Positions 38,091 to 52,592 are shown, counted from the stretch's first letter. The stretch is DNA of 64,000 bases from Camelus dromedarius (GCF_036321535.1 NC_087436.1:38070001-38134000); one strand, 5' to 3'. The notes: generated by a model from the sequence alone, not told the origin. Made by a program: numbers and translations.

Positions 38091-39127
38091 CAAAAGCATC
38101 AGTATTTCAGAAAATAATTTCTTGTTTTTTGAATTGTATAGTGCCTGTGGGAATTCTCTAATCCAAGTTCATAAAATAAATATCCAGAAGGCAAAACCTA
38201 CAATTAGTTTGTGGGTAAATATTTCTATGGATTGTCTAAATATCTGTGTTAATTTCAAATAGGCTTATATTTTATAGTTGTCTCCTGAGCAACACTGTGC
38301 CATTTTCAGTGTGGAAGACACTTGGAGAATAAACAGAGATCATTAACACAACAGTAATTCAGTTGTGTAATGAACATGCTTAGCTATAACTGCCATTTAA
38401 ACTGAACAGTTGACTATGACACTGGAATTTAAGCAGCTGAGCTAGCATTATGACTAAACTCCTGGGAGTGGTTTGCAAATTTTGTACCTTATAAGGGGCT
38501 GCAACAGGGGTGAAAAGAGAAGCATGCTCTGATTTTGTGTTTCAGCAAAAGGACAGATGGTATCCCCAAAAAAAAAGGTTTAGAAAAGTAACAAGTGGAC
38601 GTTTATTCTTATTTATATACTTTTCAAGCAAGCATTCTGAAAAAAAATACAGGAGATAAATTGTATAAACACTTCAAGAGCAGAGACAGATTTCTGTTTT
38701 TAAAAATCGGAACACTGGGCATCCCTTTATGATGCTGGGCAGTTGTTAGGTAATTACATATTAGAAAGCATGTACCATTATGAGCATGCAGACAAAGGCA
38801 TATCTAGGAAAAGCATATCATGTCTCTACCTAATCTATTTATTGATTATAAGATGTTATATGGCCTTTAGAAAAGGCAATTGGTTTCTTTATCTTGACCA
38901 ATAACTTATGTCATAGGAAAGCTTTATAGTAAAGCAACACTATTTCATAGGAAAAGAATTAAATTGTACATATAAAGGGAAACTTTATTAAAGAAAATCA
39001 CAACCACCAACCTTTCAATACACATACCATAGTAAGATGAATGTCTATTGTGTTTTTAAGAATGTTAGAAAACATGCCAGTGTATTGTTTATTCAGTAAC
39101 AATTGGGAATCAAAGCACAAGGGAACA

Positions 39128-39530
39128 TGTTTCTTCAGTTGGGTTCCTCTGAATCAGAGTCTAAGATGAGAATCTGGGTGCATGTCACTTATGGAAGGAA
39201 TGCTTTCAGGAAGCTGAAAACAAGGGAAGCAGGACTGGCCAGGGGAAGAAGCTAAGCAAAGATACGGTCTCAGGTAGCTGTGGAGGACAGTATACCACAG
39301 TTGATTTAAGGAAGAGGGCACCAACTTCTGTAACCCGCTGTGAGTCAGGCTGCTTCAGCCTGTGGGGAAATAGAACTTCTCTGCGAGGTGGCTTCTGGTT
39401 AGCCAAGGGAAATTGTACCAAGAAGGGGCAGCTATTAACAGTTAACAGCCAACACTCATAATGATGGAGGCTGTTTGTAACCAGGTGGTAATGGGATGTG
39501 GGCAGGCCACCAGCAGAGCCCATCGCAGCA
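39128..39530 (-). mobile_element. ERVL LTR16-like solo LTR
   Basis: 'tgtttcttcagttgggttcctctgaatcagagtctaagatgagaatc' and 'gggatgtgggcaggccaccagcagagcccatcgcagca' match the reverse-complemented LTR16 ends. Confidence 0.75.
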
Positions 39531-41529
39531 TGTAAACAAAAGAATTATTATTAAAGGATTATCTTCACAATATCCTATTTCTGAAGTCGCATCCTTGTAA
39601 TTATTGAGGAAAAATTTGCTATAGATCTTGGTCCTTGGTGATAGTATGATCTGCTGGCTTTCAAACAATTCATTGGTATGTCCAGGTGGAGTGTAGAATG
39701 AATGAATCCATTCACAGAAGTCTTGCTGCAAATTGTGAATAGTGGTGGCTCCTGTTTACTTACCTGTTGTCGGTAACTAATCACTTAAAAAATATAAACT
39801 GAACTGGGATATTATCATTTCTGTTAATTAACACACTAATGAAGTATAAAAACCTAAGGAAATGCATGTATAAAGTCATGATTCTTTAGTATCATAAATA
39901 TTTAGATTTAGTTGATATTTGAATTTTGGAGAGGGGACGAAGGTAGGCATGTAGTTAGGAACTAGAGCATAAGGGCTCTATTTTCCATGACAGGGTTAAA
40001 TATTATTCCAAAGGCCTTAGGAAGGCATGGAAGGATTTTAAGCCAGAGAGTGATACTACCATGTTCACGTGTCAGGTTGGGATGCCTTTGCCTTGCTGGT
40101 ATGATCTCAAGTACAAAATCTTGGATACCAGGTATAATCAATACAGTCAATTCTCTTATTTCACCTTCTAAAGAGATTAAATATATATTTTATCTTTAAT
40201 TATTAATTTTATATTTTTCAGCCACAGGGTTTAATGTTTAAATATCTGCAAATACTAATCTATTGGAAATGAGAAATTTCTTACAGAATTTGGTATTCAG
40301 TATTCCCACATCTCTTTATTGTCCTGTATTTACATGTCAAATTTCCCCCATTAATAGTTACTCAAAATTCTGAATTATTTGCAAAATTGTGTGTTAAAAG
40401 GCTCTTTTAAAGGTCCCCCCTGCCTCGAACTTAGTTTTCTGAATATGAAATCTAGGTGAAGTTTTCTCCACTTTGATTTTATGATTGCTGTCTCCTCAGT
40501 GTGAGGACCTTAAGATGGATTATGAACTGAGAAATCACTGAAGACCTCCCTTCCTTCACGACACTGAGAGTGTTCAGTGCAGTCTGAATCCACACGTTCC
40601 CCACACATGTACATGCACCACACGTGTTATTCTATGCTTTAAGGATTTTTCATGATTTTTTGTTGAATCAAGTCTCCAGGATGAATTGTTTGGTATTCCC
40701 CTCAACAGTCTTTGTCCTCTCACATCCTGTTTGAGTGGCTGTTCCTTCCCTGAGTTTTCCTGTGCACATCAAGCCCGGTGCTTGGCTTAATGTTTATTCA
40801 CAGTGATTACAGACCTAGGGGTTCTCTCAAGTGCGGTTTGCTCATGTTGTTTAAGCATGAATTACAAATCAAAGTATCCCCACAGTGATTACAGACCTGG
40901 GGTCTCCCTTGGCCAAGACTCCATACACTTGACTCCTTAATGTTTTGCTTATGACAGGAAAAAAAAAGCACAATTCTTAGGAAAAGAATATTATCAAATG
41001 TCAAAGGAGACACAGATACAAAGCCCTCTCAAGTTCACCTCAGCATTTTTTCAAGTTATAATAATAAAATCATGAAGTGGTCTTAAGTTAGGCTTGACAA
41101 ACAGTTTAAATGAAATACGAGGGAATAAAATGTGAGAAATCATAATCTGAGTAAGGCTAAATACTCCTTCATAAAACGGGATTCAGTTATACAGAATGTT
41201 TATGTGTGCATGCAAGTGTGTGTGTATACTGGCTCACAGTGTACACTGACTCACAGTGTACACTGAATTTTATGCTACAGATCATGACAAGGAAACTTGG
41301 AAGTCACTGGTCAGAGAAGTGGCCGTCTGAGTGCGCAGCAGCCAGCTCTGCGTGCAGCTCAGGGTTACTTCTTACCGACTCTTCTTTTTCTCCTTAAGCC
41401 CTAGTCTTTCTGGGGATCCCACATGGCCTGTTCTATTTGGATATTAAGGGAAAAATAAGAAATTTTCAGTGCCCTTTCTCAAGCAAATTTTTATAATAGA
41501 TTGGAAGAAAACCCCAGCTCCTCTAAGAG

Positions 41530-41700
41530 CTCGCTTTGTATCTGGGACAAGTTTCTTAATCTCTTCAGCTATAAAATGAGGATAATAAATTAAGGCCATA
41601 AAGCTCCCACAGTTCTTTGATTCAGGTAATATAAATGAGGTACTCAGCACAGTGCCTGGCACCTGGTGAGTAATCAATAAATATTAGCTAGTATTACTTT
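41530..41700 (+). mobile_element. MIR SINE
   Basis: 'gggacaagtttcttaatctc...tataaaatgaggataata...cagcacagtgcctggcac...tcaataaatattagct'. Confidence 0.85.
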
Positions 41701-44005
41701 AATTTTTATTACTTTATATGAAATGGTGAAACAACTTCCGTATTAAAATAATAATTTACTTGGAGCCCCTTGATAAATCAGGGGAAGAAAAACTAGAAGT
41801 TTAAAATAAAAATCTCTGAAACTTCTCAAAACTCCAATAAGAGAGTTTGTGAATATAAACATACAAAATATGCTGGTATAGTAACTTTGGGACTTTCATA
41901 CGTTACAATTTTTCAATCTAAAATTGTAGCTAAAATCAATAGGTAAAAAGGTGGAATCCAGGGTGAAGCAGTTTGGCCTTTTACTTCTTGCCAATAATAA
42001 AACTAATGGTAAATCGTGTGAGTTGCATTATATTCTCCCCAAGGCACCTAGTTGTGTGAAAAATTTAATTATTTGTGGGGAACAACATATTATCAGAATC
42101 CACACATTCATTTACTTCATCTATGCAGGTAACTTTTATTTCTAGAAAAACATTCACCTGGCTCATTTCTTATAAAGCTGTATTTATTTTTAAGGAGCAA
42201 CAAGTTGCGTTAGAGGTATGTCTTGACTATACCTCTATAGGCTTTCTTAGCATTGCTGTTCAGATTTCTGTGAAGAGTTAATAAAATAAAGTCTGGTTTT
42301 GTACCAGGAGACCAATATCTTGCGAAGGTTATAAACCTTGGTCTACCTTTTCCATGTACCATGATCAAAACAAGATGGCTCACTTCAAAATATGCTTTAT
42401 AAACTAAATGACGAATTTGTGAATCAAGACAAGGGGAAATAAAAGCAGGGAGCGAACTGTAAAAATTGATGCGCATAATAAATTTTTTAACACCAGACAC
42501 TTAAAAAAACGTTTCAGCCGTTTCGTTTTGCACATTATTTCTGGCCTCACTATTTCAGTTTTTATTTGTGCTTCAAGTCCAGCAGACAGGGAGGGACTCT
42601 GTTTGCAAAGCACCTAGCACAAATTGCCAACACTCTATAAATGACCTACTGCTGACCTCCGTAAGAAAAGCTGAACTAGCAACCAAAAGCACAGGCAAGA
42701 AGGATACTTGCAGCCCATCTGGGAAAGAAAAAAGGTGCTTAGTTGTTTTTTTTCTTCCCCCCCTTTTTTTTTTCTGCAACAGATCACAATGTACTCCTAC
42801 TTAAAAGGAACACTATCAACAAAAGCCTGTCCATCTGTTAGCATTTTCCTTCCACTAATGCCCTTTGAGATTAAATGTGTGGGAGGAACCAAGGCTAGAT
42901 GCACTGTCCTGACTGGTAGTTGTAAAGGAGGGCATTTTCTGCTCAGGCAACTTTTACTTTTTGAAAAAACAGTAATATGAGACTTTCTGATAAGTATGCA
43001 TTGAATTTCACTTGTGGAAGGGAAATATATAGCTTTTTCTTAGGAAATGAGTGGTCATATGCACATTAGTGAAGAGATGATTCGTAGTAAATAAGGTATA
43101 ACAAAGGGAGTATGTCTGTGCTGTCTGTATTCGGAGAAAATAAAACCTACAGAAGGACTGTTGTCAAGTTTTGCAACATTTGAGTTGCTCAAAACTCAGT
43201 AACTTGCTGACTTAAACTACCCCTCAAAGTATAAGGTTGGAAAGTTACCATGCATGGCAGAGAGAGAGGGAGAAAAAAAAAATGTTTCAACTTGCTATAA
43301 CTTGAAGCTTACTCTTTAGGGAAGTATGATTTTCTCATACTCAATTGAAAATGTCTCCACTATATTTCAAAAATCATAAAATAAACAGAATTTCCAGTGG
43401 AACTGGCTCATGTAGAAAGCTCCACAACAAGCTATTACGTGGAACTGCTGAGGAATGGAAGAAAACACCAGCATGTGGCAGGCACCGAGTCAGAGGTCTG
43501 TATTCTGGGACTGAAAGGAGATGCTGCTTTCTTTATTTTTCCTGTGAATATTCATGAGGTCTCTGACCAGCACAATTTGATGGTGCTCTTAGGACCGTGC
43601 CTCTCAAAAAATCCTCATCTTTCCCAGCTAGAAAGGAGTCAGAGGGAACACCCCTGTGACACTAATGAGGAGAGACTGAACCACGAGAAGTTTTGGGCCC
43701 TAATGTTTTGTTAGGTAAAGCCTAATTCTTCCTAGAGCTCTTCTTCCCTTACTGAATGGAGAAAAATTAACAGAAATTAAAAGAGTTCTGGGGATCTCTA
43801 GGAGATATCTGCAAAAAGCAATGAGGGCTCTCCCTTAAGACCACGAGCAAGACTTCAAAGAATAGAAAGTTAGGTATTGAAATGTGAGGAAACTGCTCGC
43901 TATCCTAGACACAGAAGACAGGTTGTGATGAACTTAACTCTGTTTATGCGATAGAATGTGCTGGTATGAGATTAAGACAGTTTATAACTCTCTATGTGAT
44001 TCAGA

Positions 44006-44006
<1 letters not shown>

Positions 44007-44044
<38 letters not shown>
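44007..44044. repeat. (CA)19 perfect microsatellite
   Basis: Directly visible. Confidence 0.97.
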
Positions 44045-44047
<3 letters not shown>

Positions 44048-46485
44048 CCTTTCACTCCATTTTCATTCATTCTCCCTCCTTCTATAGGAATCTCCCTCCG
44101 ATGGGCAGGGGATGACAAATTGGAGTGATTGCCCTGGGTCTTGCTCTTTGCCTCCCATTCTTCAACCCCTTAAAAGGACCAGGCATCTGAGGCTAGAATG
44201 GAATTACTGAATTGGATAAGGAAGAAAAAGGCAGAAAGTCTATTGTCACCAGTCAGCACTGAAAAATTACCTAAGGTGCACAAAGCCCTCAAACAACATG
44301 CACTGGTCTAAAACTGGCCCTGCTTCTCCTGATAGACCCCCAAACATTTATGATTCTTTTATGATAATTTCTTTCACTTTTTTGTTCAATATCACTGAGA
44401 TACATTTTTAGATTTCACTTGTATGAAAAAATAGAGGGTCAAAGCATGTGGTAATTTCCCCTCACCAGGGCCCATGCCTTCTCGCAGATGGTGTGACCAT
44501 CTCAATTGTCCTCATGGATTCTACAGTACCCAGAAATATTATTGCAGGTGGGCTCTTTGGTGTAGACTTGTAGATGTCTACTAAGTTATCTCAAGTAGTT
44601 ATGCTTAGTTAATCTAAAAATTATTACTCTAATGCCTACTAGGTACCAAGTTCTTTTGCTTGGGATGGATGAAGTCAAATAAGGTGCATATTCTGTCCTC
44701 AACCAGGGGGTCTTTTGGTGGAGAGATTCATCAGTCTATCTGAGAACTATTTTAGTGCCACAAGTGCTATGAAATGTAAAGTATAAAAATGTGAAGAAAT
44801 GAGAGCTAAAAATTTATAAATAGAAAAGGATTAAAGGCCAATAATAATGAGAGTAACAACTGACTTTTAAAGAAACTCAGAAAATCTCGTTTCTTTAGTG
44901 TGTAAAGCTTATGCTATCAATAGTGTTATCTTCAAATACAAGTTACTTTTGTGTGCAATTTGACTACATATCTGGAAATATCCCAATGTGTGCTTATATC
45001 ATGAAAAACTAACCAGAAATTTCATTGAAAGTACAAGAAAGTATGGCAGACAAAAATAAGTAATATACGATAGATGAAACATTCATTTTTGCTCTAAAAA
45101 TATTTCATAATACTCTTACTCCTTTCTAAGGCACTACGGTGAAAGTACATTTTTTCTCCTAAAGCATAGAGTGAAAAACTGAGAGAAAATGACTGGATTT
45201 GGATTGCCTATACACTATTAGAGAGTAAAGTAATATTCCCCTAATACTCTTTCTTCTGATTATTCCAAGTTTCTGGAGTGTACATTAAGGCAGGTTTTTT
45301 TTTTTTTTTTGCCCCCTCAGAAATTATTTTATCTTAAGTGGCAAATTGTTAATGATTAATAATAGCGCATCAAGCTGATTTCTTTCTAATAATTTTATGT
45401 GAAAAAGAAATACTAGTAACACAAGTTTCTTATGTAGATACATAAAAAATGATTGTCATGCTCACACCTACTACATGACATAAATTTCTTAATAATCTCC
45501 ATTACTTGTGAGGATTAATAACACATTTCCTGTTCTAAGATCTTCTGTTGCATCAGAGATGGCCAACCCCAACTATTAATTCTAGAGGCCACTGAAAACT
45601 AGATGTAGATTTGGTTTTGTGAGGATGAAAAATGTGGAATGTCATCGTGGAAGTCTGTAATTTCAATCTTGTAACAGTCCAGATCATGTTTGCAGGCAAT
45701 GAACGTCACTTATTTATTTACTCAGAAATTAAAATACTTACTCAAAATATTTTAATTCTTAATAATTTGTTGGTGTTCATTCAATGTTAGATTTTAGATA
45801 GGCTATGTTATTGGCTGTGATGCTCAAAGCATTTAACAAGTGAGAATTGATATCTGCTGCCAGGCTATCTTGTTAACACCATTTTCACTTTGTTCAGCTT
45901 TGCTATTTATCAAGTCTTTGTTGTATTATTAAAAATCAGATATCAAAGGTTATTTAAAATAACGTGGATTCCTAAAATTAAATCTAATAATTTGATCTCT
46001 AGATTTACTTACTGGGTGCAAAATTATTCTGAATGATTGCAAACATGCCCTTATCATCAAAAAGTTTGTATTTTTAATAGGCAAAATAAAATTAAGTGTA
46101 AAACACACTTAAAACAATTTGATCTTTATGAATTCTATTTTCTGTATGTGAATGCATTAAAAGGAATGCAGAAACTAGAAAAATAAGATTATACTTTTGA
46201 ACAGACACTGAAAAATATATACTATAGAAACACAAATTTTTCCATCTGTATTTTTCTATTTTACTATAAAGAATGATTTTGCTTTTGTAAACATATATAT
46301 TTATATAACTTACTATTTCTACCACTTATTTTGGCAATTAATATTTTTTAGTATGAATCGCATTCTTAATTACACGTAAATAATAGTTTGCAAGAATTTC
46401 CAATGGGGAAAAGCCTAATGTACAAAGAGCAGACACTGACTTTCAAGATTTTGGAAGTAATACATTTTTTAGAGTCAAAATCTGT

Positions 46486-46605
46486 CAAGGACTTATTGTA
46501 CAACATGGGGAATATAGCCAATATTTTGTGATAACTGTGAATGAAAAGTAACCTTTCAAAATTGTATAAAAATAAAAAATTAAATTAAAAAATTTAAGAC
46601 GTAAA
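46486..46605 (+). mobile_element. very short 5'-truncated LINE-1 3' end
   Basis: 'ttattgtacaacatggggaatatagccaatattttgtgataactgtgaatg' plus an A-rich tail. Possible TSD aaaatct at 46477-83 and 46611-17. Confidence 0.8.
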
Positions 46606-47196
46606 TTTAAAAAATCTCTGATTGTATATCAAATTCTCTGGAAACAAAGAATATACTATTCCAATATCAACATCTTTCACAAAGAAAAAAATAATTGGTA
46701 CAATATCTAGTATTGAAACTTAGGAATAATTATGAGGGTCTGTGGGTAGAAGATTATTTCACTGAATCAGAGAAAATTTTTGAATGAGACAGGTGGTAAC
46801 TAAATGTTTTTAAGGAACAAGAAGTTATCTTCTTACTAAATTGTTCAGATAGCTATTAATGTATTGCTTTATGGATTTCAATGGGAACCTTTTTGTGAGT
46901 TGGGTTTTATCCATATACTGCTTTATAACGAGAGTTTATTAGTTATTTGCAGAGTACTGACCAGAGTGCTCTGGGGTGTACCACAGAATAAGGGCCCTTT
47001 TCATAAATTTAGAGATTCCAGAACATTCGTAAGTGACTATGTATCTATTTAAATGACACAGTTATATATACAAGAGCAATAACAGCTACTGTGGGCCATA
47101 GTTAAGCAACTGCACTTGCATCACTGTGTCTCAGCCTAGATAAGCTAGACCAAATCCACTGGAAGGTTTTTGTTTTATGGTTAATCTTATAATCAC

Positions 47197-47691
47197 AAAT
47201 TCCAAAAAACTGAAGAGGAAGGAATGCTTCTGAACTCATTCTTTGAGGCCAGCATCACCCTGATACCAAAACCGGAGAAAGAGACCACAGAAGAGAAAAC
47301 TACAGGGCAATATAACTGATGAACACAGACAGAAAAATCCTCATCAAAATATTAGCAAACCAAATTCAACAACACATTAAGAGGATCATACACCACAATC
47401 AAGTGGGATTTATTCCAGGGATGCAATACTCAGGATAGTCCAATATCCACAAAACAATATGTAAGACACCATATAATAAACTGAAGAATAAAAATCATAC
47501 GATCACCTCAATAGATACAAAAAAAGCTTTTGACAAAAGTCAATATCCATTTATAATAAAAACTCTCAATAAAGTGGGCATAGAGGGAACATATTCCAAC
47601 ATCATAAAGGCCATGTATGATACACTCACAGCCAACATCTTACTCAACAGTTCAAAGCTCTAAGATCAGAAACAAGACAAGGATGCCCTCG
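47197..47691 (+). mobile_element. internal LINE-1 ORF2 fragment (Z domain / N-terminal RT), no 3'UTR or tail
   Basis: 'aactcattctttgaggccagcatcaccctgataccaaaacc' (NSFFEASITLIPKP), 'caagtgggatttattccagggatgcaa' (QVGFIPGMQ), 'acaagacaaggatgccc' (TRQGCP). Confidence 0.95.
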
Positions 47692-49019
47692 ATAATCACC
47701 AGACCCTAGTTATCCCACATCAAAATGTAAACAGATGGATCATTTTTGATCCCAAGGGTTTTTTTGGCTTCACTTAAGCATAACTAATGCTCTGAAATGT
47801 CATATCAAGAAGGGAAATAAATGCAAATATTCTGATCACTAGCCTTCTGACTTGATTTTAATATTATTTCCTTACATAAGACTTGTAAAAAGGCAGAAAA
47901 TGGAAATGTGAGAAGTTGAATGTTTCAGCTCAAGGAACTGGAATAAGAGCCAGATACCTCTCTTCTAGCCTAGACAGGGGCTCTGTTCTCCCACCTAGAA
48001 AACATGGGGGTTCACCTCTATGGGCACTTCTGACTCTAACTGTCCATGAGTATCTGAAGTATACTCAGGAAAGAGTAACCCTTGTCAGAGTGCATGCCGG
48101 TCCCTGGACTTGCCTTTCCCCATTTTTCTTATCCTTGAGTTATCCTGAAGGTGACTTCTCCTTCATCTGGTAAGTGAGTGTCATCTGACAAAGGGAAATG
48201 TGTTTCCGATTTTGCTCACATCTGAAAGGAATTTTTCCTGGAAGAACGATTATGTCTATACTCTGCAAAGAATTATGCTTCTCTCTGTACTCCAGATCTC
48301 ATATTATTTAATTTATATGTGAAAAATTAGGATTTTGTCTTTTGACAGGAGAAAAATCTCTTGAGATCATAAGGGAAAAAAATCCTGAATTATCAAAAGC
48401 CTGACAAGGAAGTGAGAAAAAATCATATATCCAAAGAAAAGTGAAGTGGACACAGAAGTCACACTGAAATCTGACTGCTACAGAACCTCTGTCTCTCAAG
48501 ATGCATATTTAGCCAACAGCTATCCTATAGTAAGAATATAAAATTTTAAGACTCATAAGACTTAAGCCACACATCAGTTAGGAGGCAAAAGCTAAGCAAA
48601 GACATGATTCTGGTGTAATATTTCAGATGTTCAATCTCATTTCAAAATATGTACAATCTCACATTTTGGAAAATAAGATGTGATGATTTCACATTTCTCT
48701 CCACTTTAGGATTATACTCAAAACTGAGAAACAAGTTCAGACTAATGAAGATAATACTAAAAGTGGGAGGATCATTCAATTTGCATAGATATGCTTTCCC
48801 AGGATAAACTAGCTGTTTCCTTTATACACGACAGATATTAGTGATGTTACGTGGTTGTAGTTTATTCATAACTTCACTAATTTTCATGACTCACTTTGCA
48901 CTGTACAAAATAATTACACTATATTTATTTCTCCACAGATGTCTTTAATCAATGAGCTCCTGGACATATTTCAGTTGGATTTGATAATTCTCAGAATCTT
49001 CTAGCATTAAAAAGCAAAA

Positions 49020-49140
49020 AAATCCCTGCATTTTCTAATCTATAAATCGGGAATATAATTTCTACCTTGTCTAGTTGCTGTGAATGTTGAAAATAATGTA
49101 ATTTTAAAACATTGTAACAGTATCGGGTGCATGGTTGATG
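49020..49140 (+). mobile_element. MIR fragment
   Basis: 'ttttctaatctataaatcgggaatataatttctacctt...gttgctgtgaatgttgaaaataat'. Confidence 0.6.
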
Positions 49141-49452
49141 CTGTATGTATATGTATGTGTGCTCTGTGTGAGATGTGTGTCTGTGCATGCATGTGTGTGC
49201 CTGTTTCACAGATTGTTTTTTCTCATTCTCAGCATTAATAAGCTTTTGACTGCTTCCTGCTTTACCTCAAGTAGTACTGACATTTTTCAACCACCACTGA
49301 ATTGTTTTTCAATTTAATTTACTTATACTGTCTACAGGGTGTAAGAGATGACATATTAGTAGTTTATATTCATTTTTTATCCTTCTTCCCACAATGGCCC
49401 TCTTAGAATATCTCTTCCTCATGAAATGGGTATAATCAGGATGTGTGTAAGC

Positions 49453-49456
49453 ATAT

Positions 49457-49502
<46 letters not shown>

Positions 49503-49525
49503 ATACAGACACACAGAGATATATA
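49453..49525. repeat. (TA)n/(CA)n compound microsatellite
   Basis: Directly visible. Confidence 0.92.
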
Positions 49526-49819
49526 TCTTTTGGTGGTAGTCTAAGCGCTTTTGTCAAAAAATTTGGAAATGTGATTTGGTTTTTAAAAATGTTCGATTTC
49601 TAGATTAATATGACAATAAACTACAAATTCTTAATCACTTCTGCCCAACTTCTCATAAAAATATTGACATATAAAAACTTAGAAAAGGTACTAGGTAAGG
49701 GACTAAAGATAAGAAATGGCAATAGAATAAATTCCATAACCAATTCTCATCATTTGCATTGCAGTGCTGGCAGTGGAAGATGAAAAACATATTCTAGGAT
49801 TACACTTTATAAGCTGACT

Positions 49820-50416
<597 letters not shown>

Positions 50417-51479
50417 TCCAGTGATGTACTGGCTCACCTATATTATTGCACCTGGATTAAGGAAATATAGACTGCAATCCAGAAAAATAAACAATTACTG
50501 ACTAACTGCAAAGGATCTCTCATCGAAGCTTCCAGAGCTAAAGTCTAGAACATCTCCTCCTATACTTTGGAGTCATAAACTCAAATGCTTTAAAGAAATA
50601 AGAAAATAATGTAAATTACTGAAATGGCTATACTTTAGTAGTGGAAAGAAAAGAGTCATAACTTTTATAGATAAGTGATTAGATCCAGTCACTATCCAAG
50701 AAATACCAAAATTTTAAGGAGAATCTCCATTCTTTTGGCCTGAGTTTATATGATAAGGAGCTTCAAATAGAATAATATTTCTCAGTTCATCTTCCCCATT
50801 CACTTGCATCTTTGTAAGAGATTAGTCTGATTGAAAGAATGAAATAAGATCTTACTCTGTTCTCCTGGATGTGTTGCCCACACAGACTTGTATTCCAGTT
50901 TGACCTCAACCATGCAATTAGCTTACCTGGGCAAGTCTGCCTGGGAGGTTAGCTGGTTAGCAACGCTGTGACTGAGGGATGTCTGTCTAATTCAGGCGGC
51001 CAGTATTAGTAATCTGCCTGCTTAGCTGATCTCTTCCTACTTGTTTGGTCTTGTGCCAACATTTTAGTTGGCTTTAAATTGAGGAGAGACGTAAGGTTTA
51101 TTGCCCCACTAAACTCTGAAAGGGTCAAAATACCAGTAAATGTAATGAGTGTTTAATAAGATGGTCTAATAAAATTATTCAAAGATTAATAATATACATA
51201 TACATATGCATGCATATTTATGCATTACCAATAACCTGGTAGGAAATAAAATGGGAAACATCTCACTCACAATGGTAATAAAAATGTGAAGTGTCCAGAA
51301 AGGACCCCAAAACAGAACGTATGAAACATATGAAATGAACCATTAAAATTTATCACAAGTTATAAAAGTATCAATTCTACTTGTTCTTAATCTTTCATTC
51401 ATATTACTTCATTCTACTGTATTTAATTGCTTCATACTAATATTATCATTAACCATATGATGATTAAATACATTGAAGG

Positions 51480-52540
51480 TTACTTTTCAGATGTTCATGC
51501 AATTAGGTTATATCCCATTACTCACATTTCTGTGTTTTAAAGTTATTGTTTTTACCGAGTCAAATTTATCCATCTTGTTTTTAATACCACTAGCTTTGGG
51601 GTCTTAGAATGTTTTTCCTACTCACAGTTTGTAAAGAAATTCATCCCTGTATATGTTCTTTTTATTCATTTGCGTGACCCAGAAACAGATCCAAACTGGT
51701 CCCTTGCCACATGGCTTTCCAGTCATCCCCACATCATTTTCTTCCCACTGATATGACACTCCTTTAATATTTTCTAACTTAGCATATACAATTTGGCTTA
51801 GTTGGATTTTAAAACTTCTTTTCCATTGGTATGCATGCGTTACTGTTGCACTACATGGCTTTAATTATAGAGATTCTAATATATGTGTAATATATCATAG
51901 GTCTAGAAGTTCTCCTCTTTCCTAACAACTGCTCTACCTTCCTGCATTTCAAATATTCTAAATAAATTCATAATTTGTCTGGCTGGTTCCAAAAGCAAGC
52001 ATTTTTACTGGAATATCATTAAATTATAATTTTTTAATGTTGAGTCTTCTTAACTAAAAACATGGTATGCTTTCATTTATGGCCTACATGGTACATCTTT
52101 CCATTAATTTTAAGTTTATTGATTTTTCTTTCAGGCGTTTGTTAATGCTCTTCCTCATAGATGTTTGTAAATTTCTAGTAGGTATTAATTTAATTGTTAT
52201 TATAAGTGAAGTTTTTCTCTTTCATCATATCTAACTGCTTAGTATTTCTAATTGTGAAGTTATTGATTTTTCTAAGTAGCATTTAAAATCTGTTCTTGAC
52301 TAAATTATCTTAATTTTCTGGTAATTTTCCTATGCATTCTTTCTGATTTTACATATACAGTCTCTCATCTGCAAATAAAAATAATTTTTTTCTTCCTGCA
52401 CTTTCCAATTCTTATAACTAATTACTTTATTTAGTCTAATTGCCTTGGCTAAAACCTCCAACACACTGTTAAATACTGAGGGGCTGGAAAGTATCCTAGT
52501 CCTTTCCTGCTTTTAGACAAAAACTTTTGTTTTTCACCAA
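51480..52540 (-). mobile_element. old LINE-1 ORF2 remnant (L1ME-like)
   Basis: 'gtcaaatttatccatc', 'aatgttgagtcttc..aacatggtatgc', 'tcatctgcaaataa', 'ttggctaaaacctccaacacactgttaaata'. Confidence 0.7.
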
Positions 52541-52568
52541 AAGAAAGAAAATGGCTCTGGCTGAAGGG

Positions 52569-52592
52569 GTGTGTGTGTGTGTGTGTGTGTGT
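52569..52592. repeat. (GT)12 microsatellite
   Basis: Directly visible. Confidence 0.95.

Noticed and set aside
40799..40898. CRISPR-like repeat-spacer-repeat
   Set aside because: Only two 18-bp copies, mammalian context, and no cas genes.
44090..44325. hAT-Tip100-like DNA transposon (ends ...ctggccctg)
   Set aside because: Only one plausible TIR and no TSD seen; too weak to call by eye.
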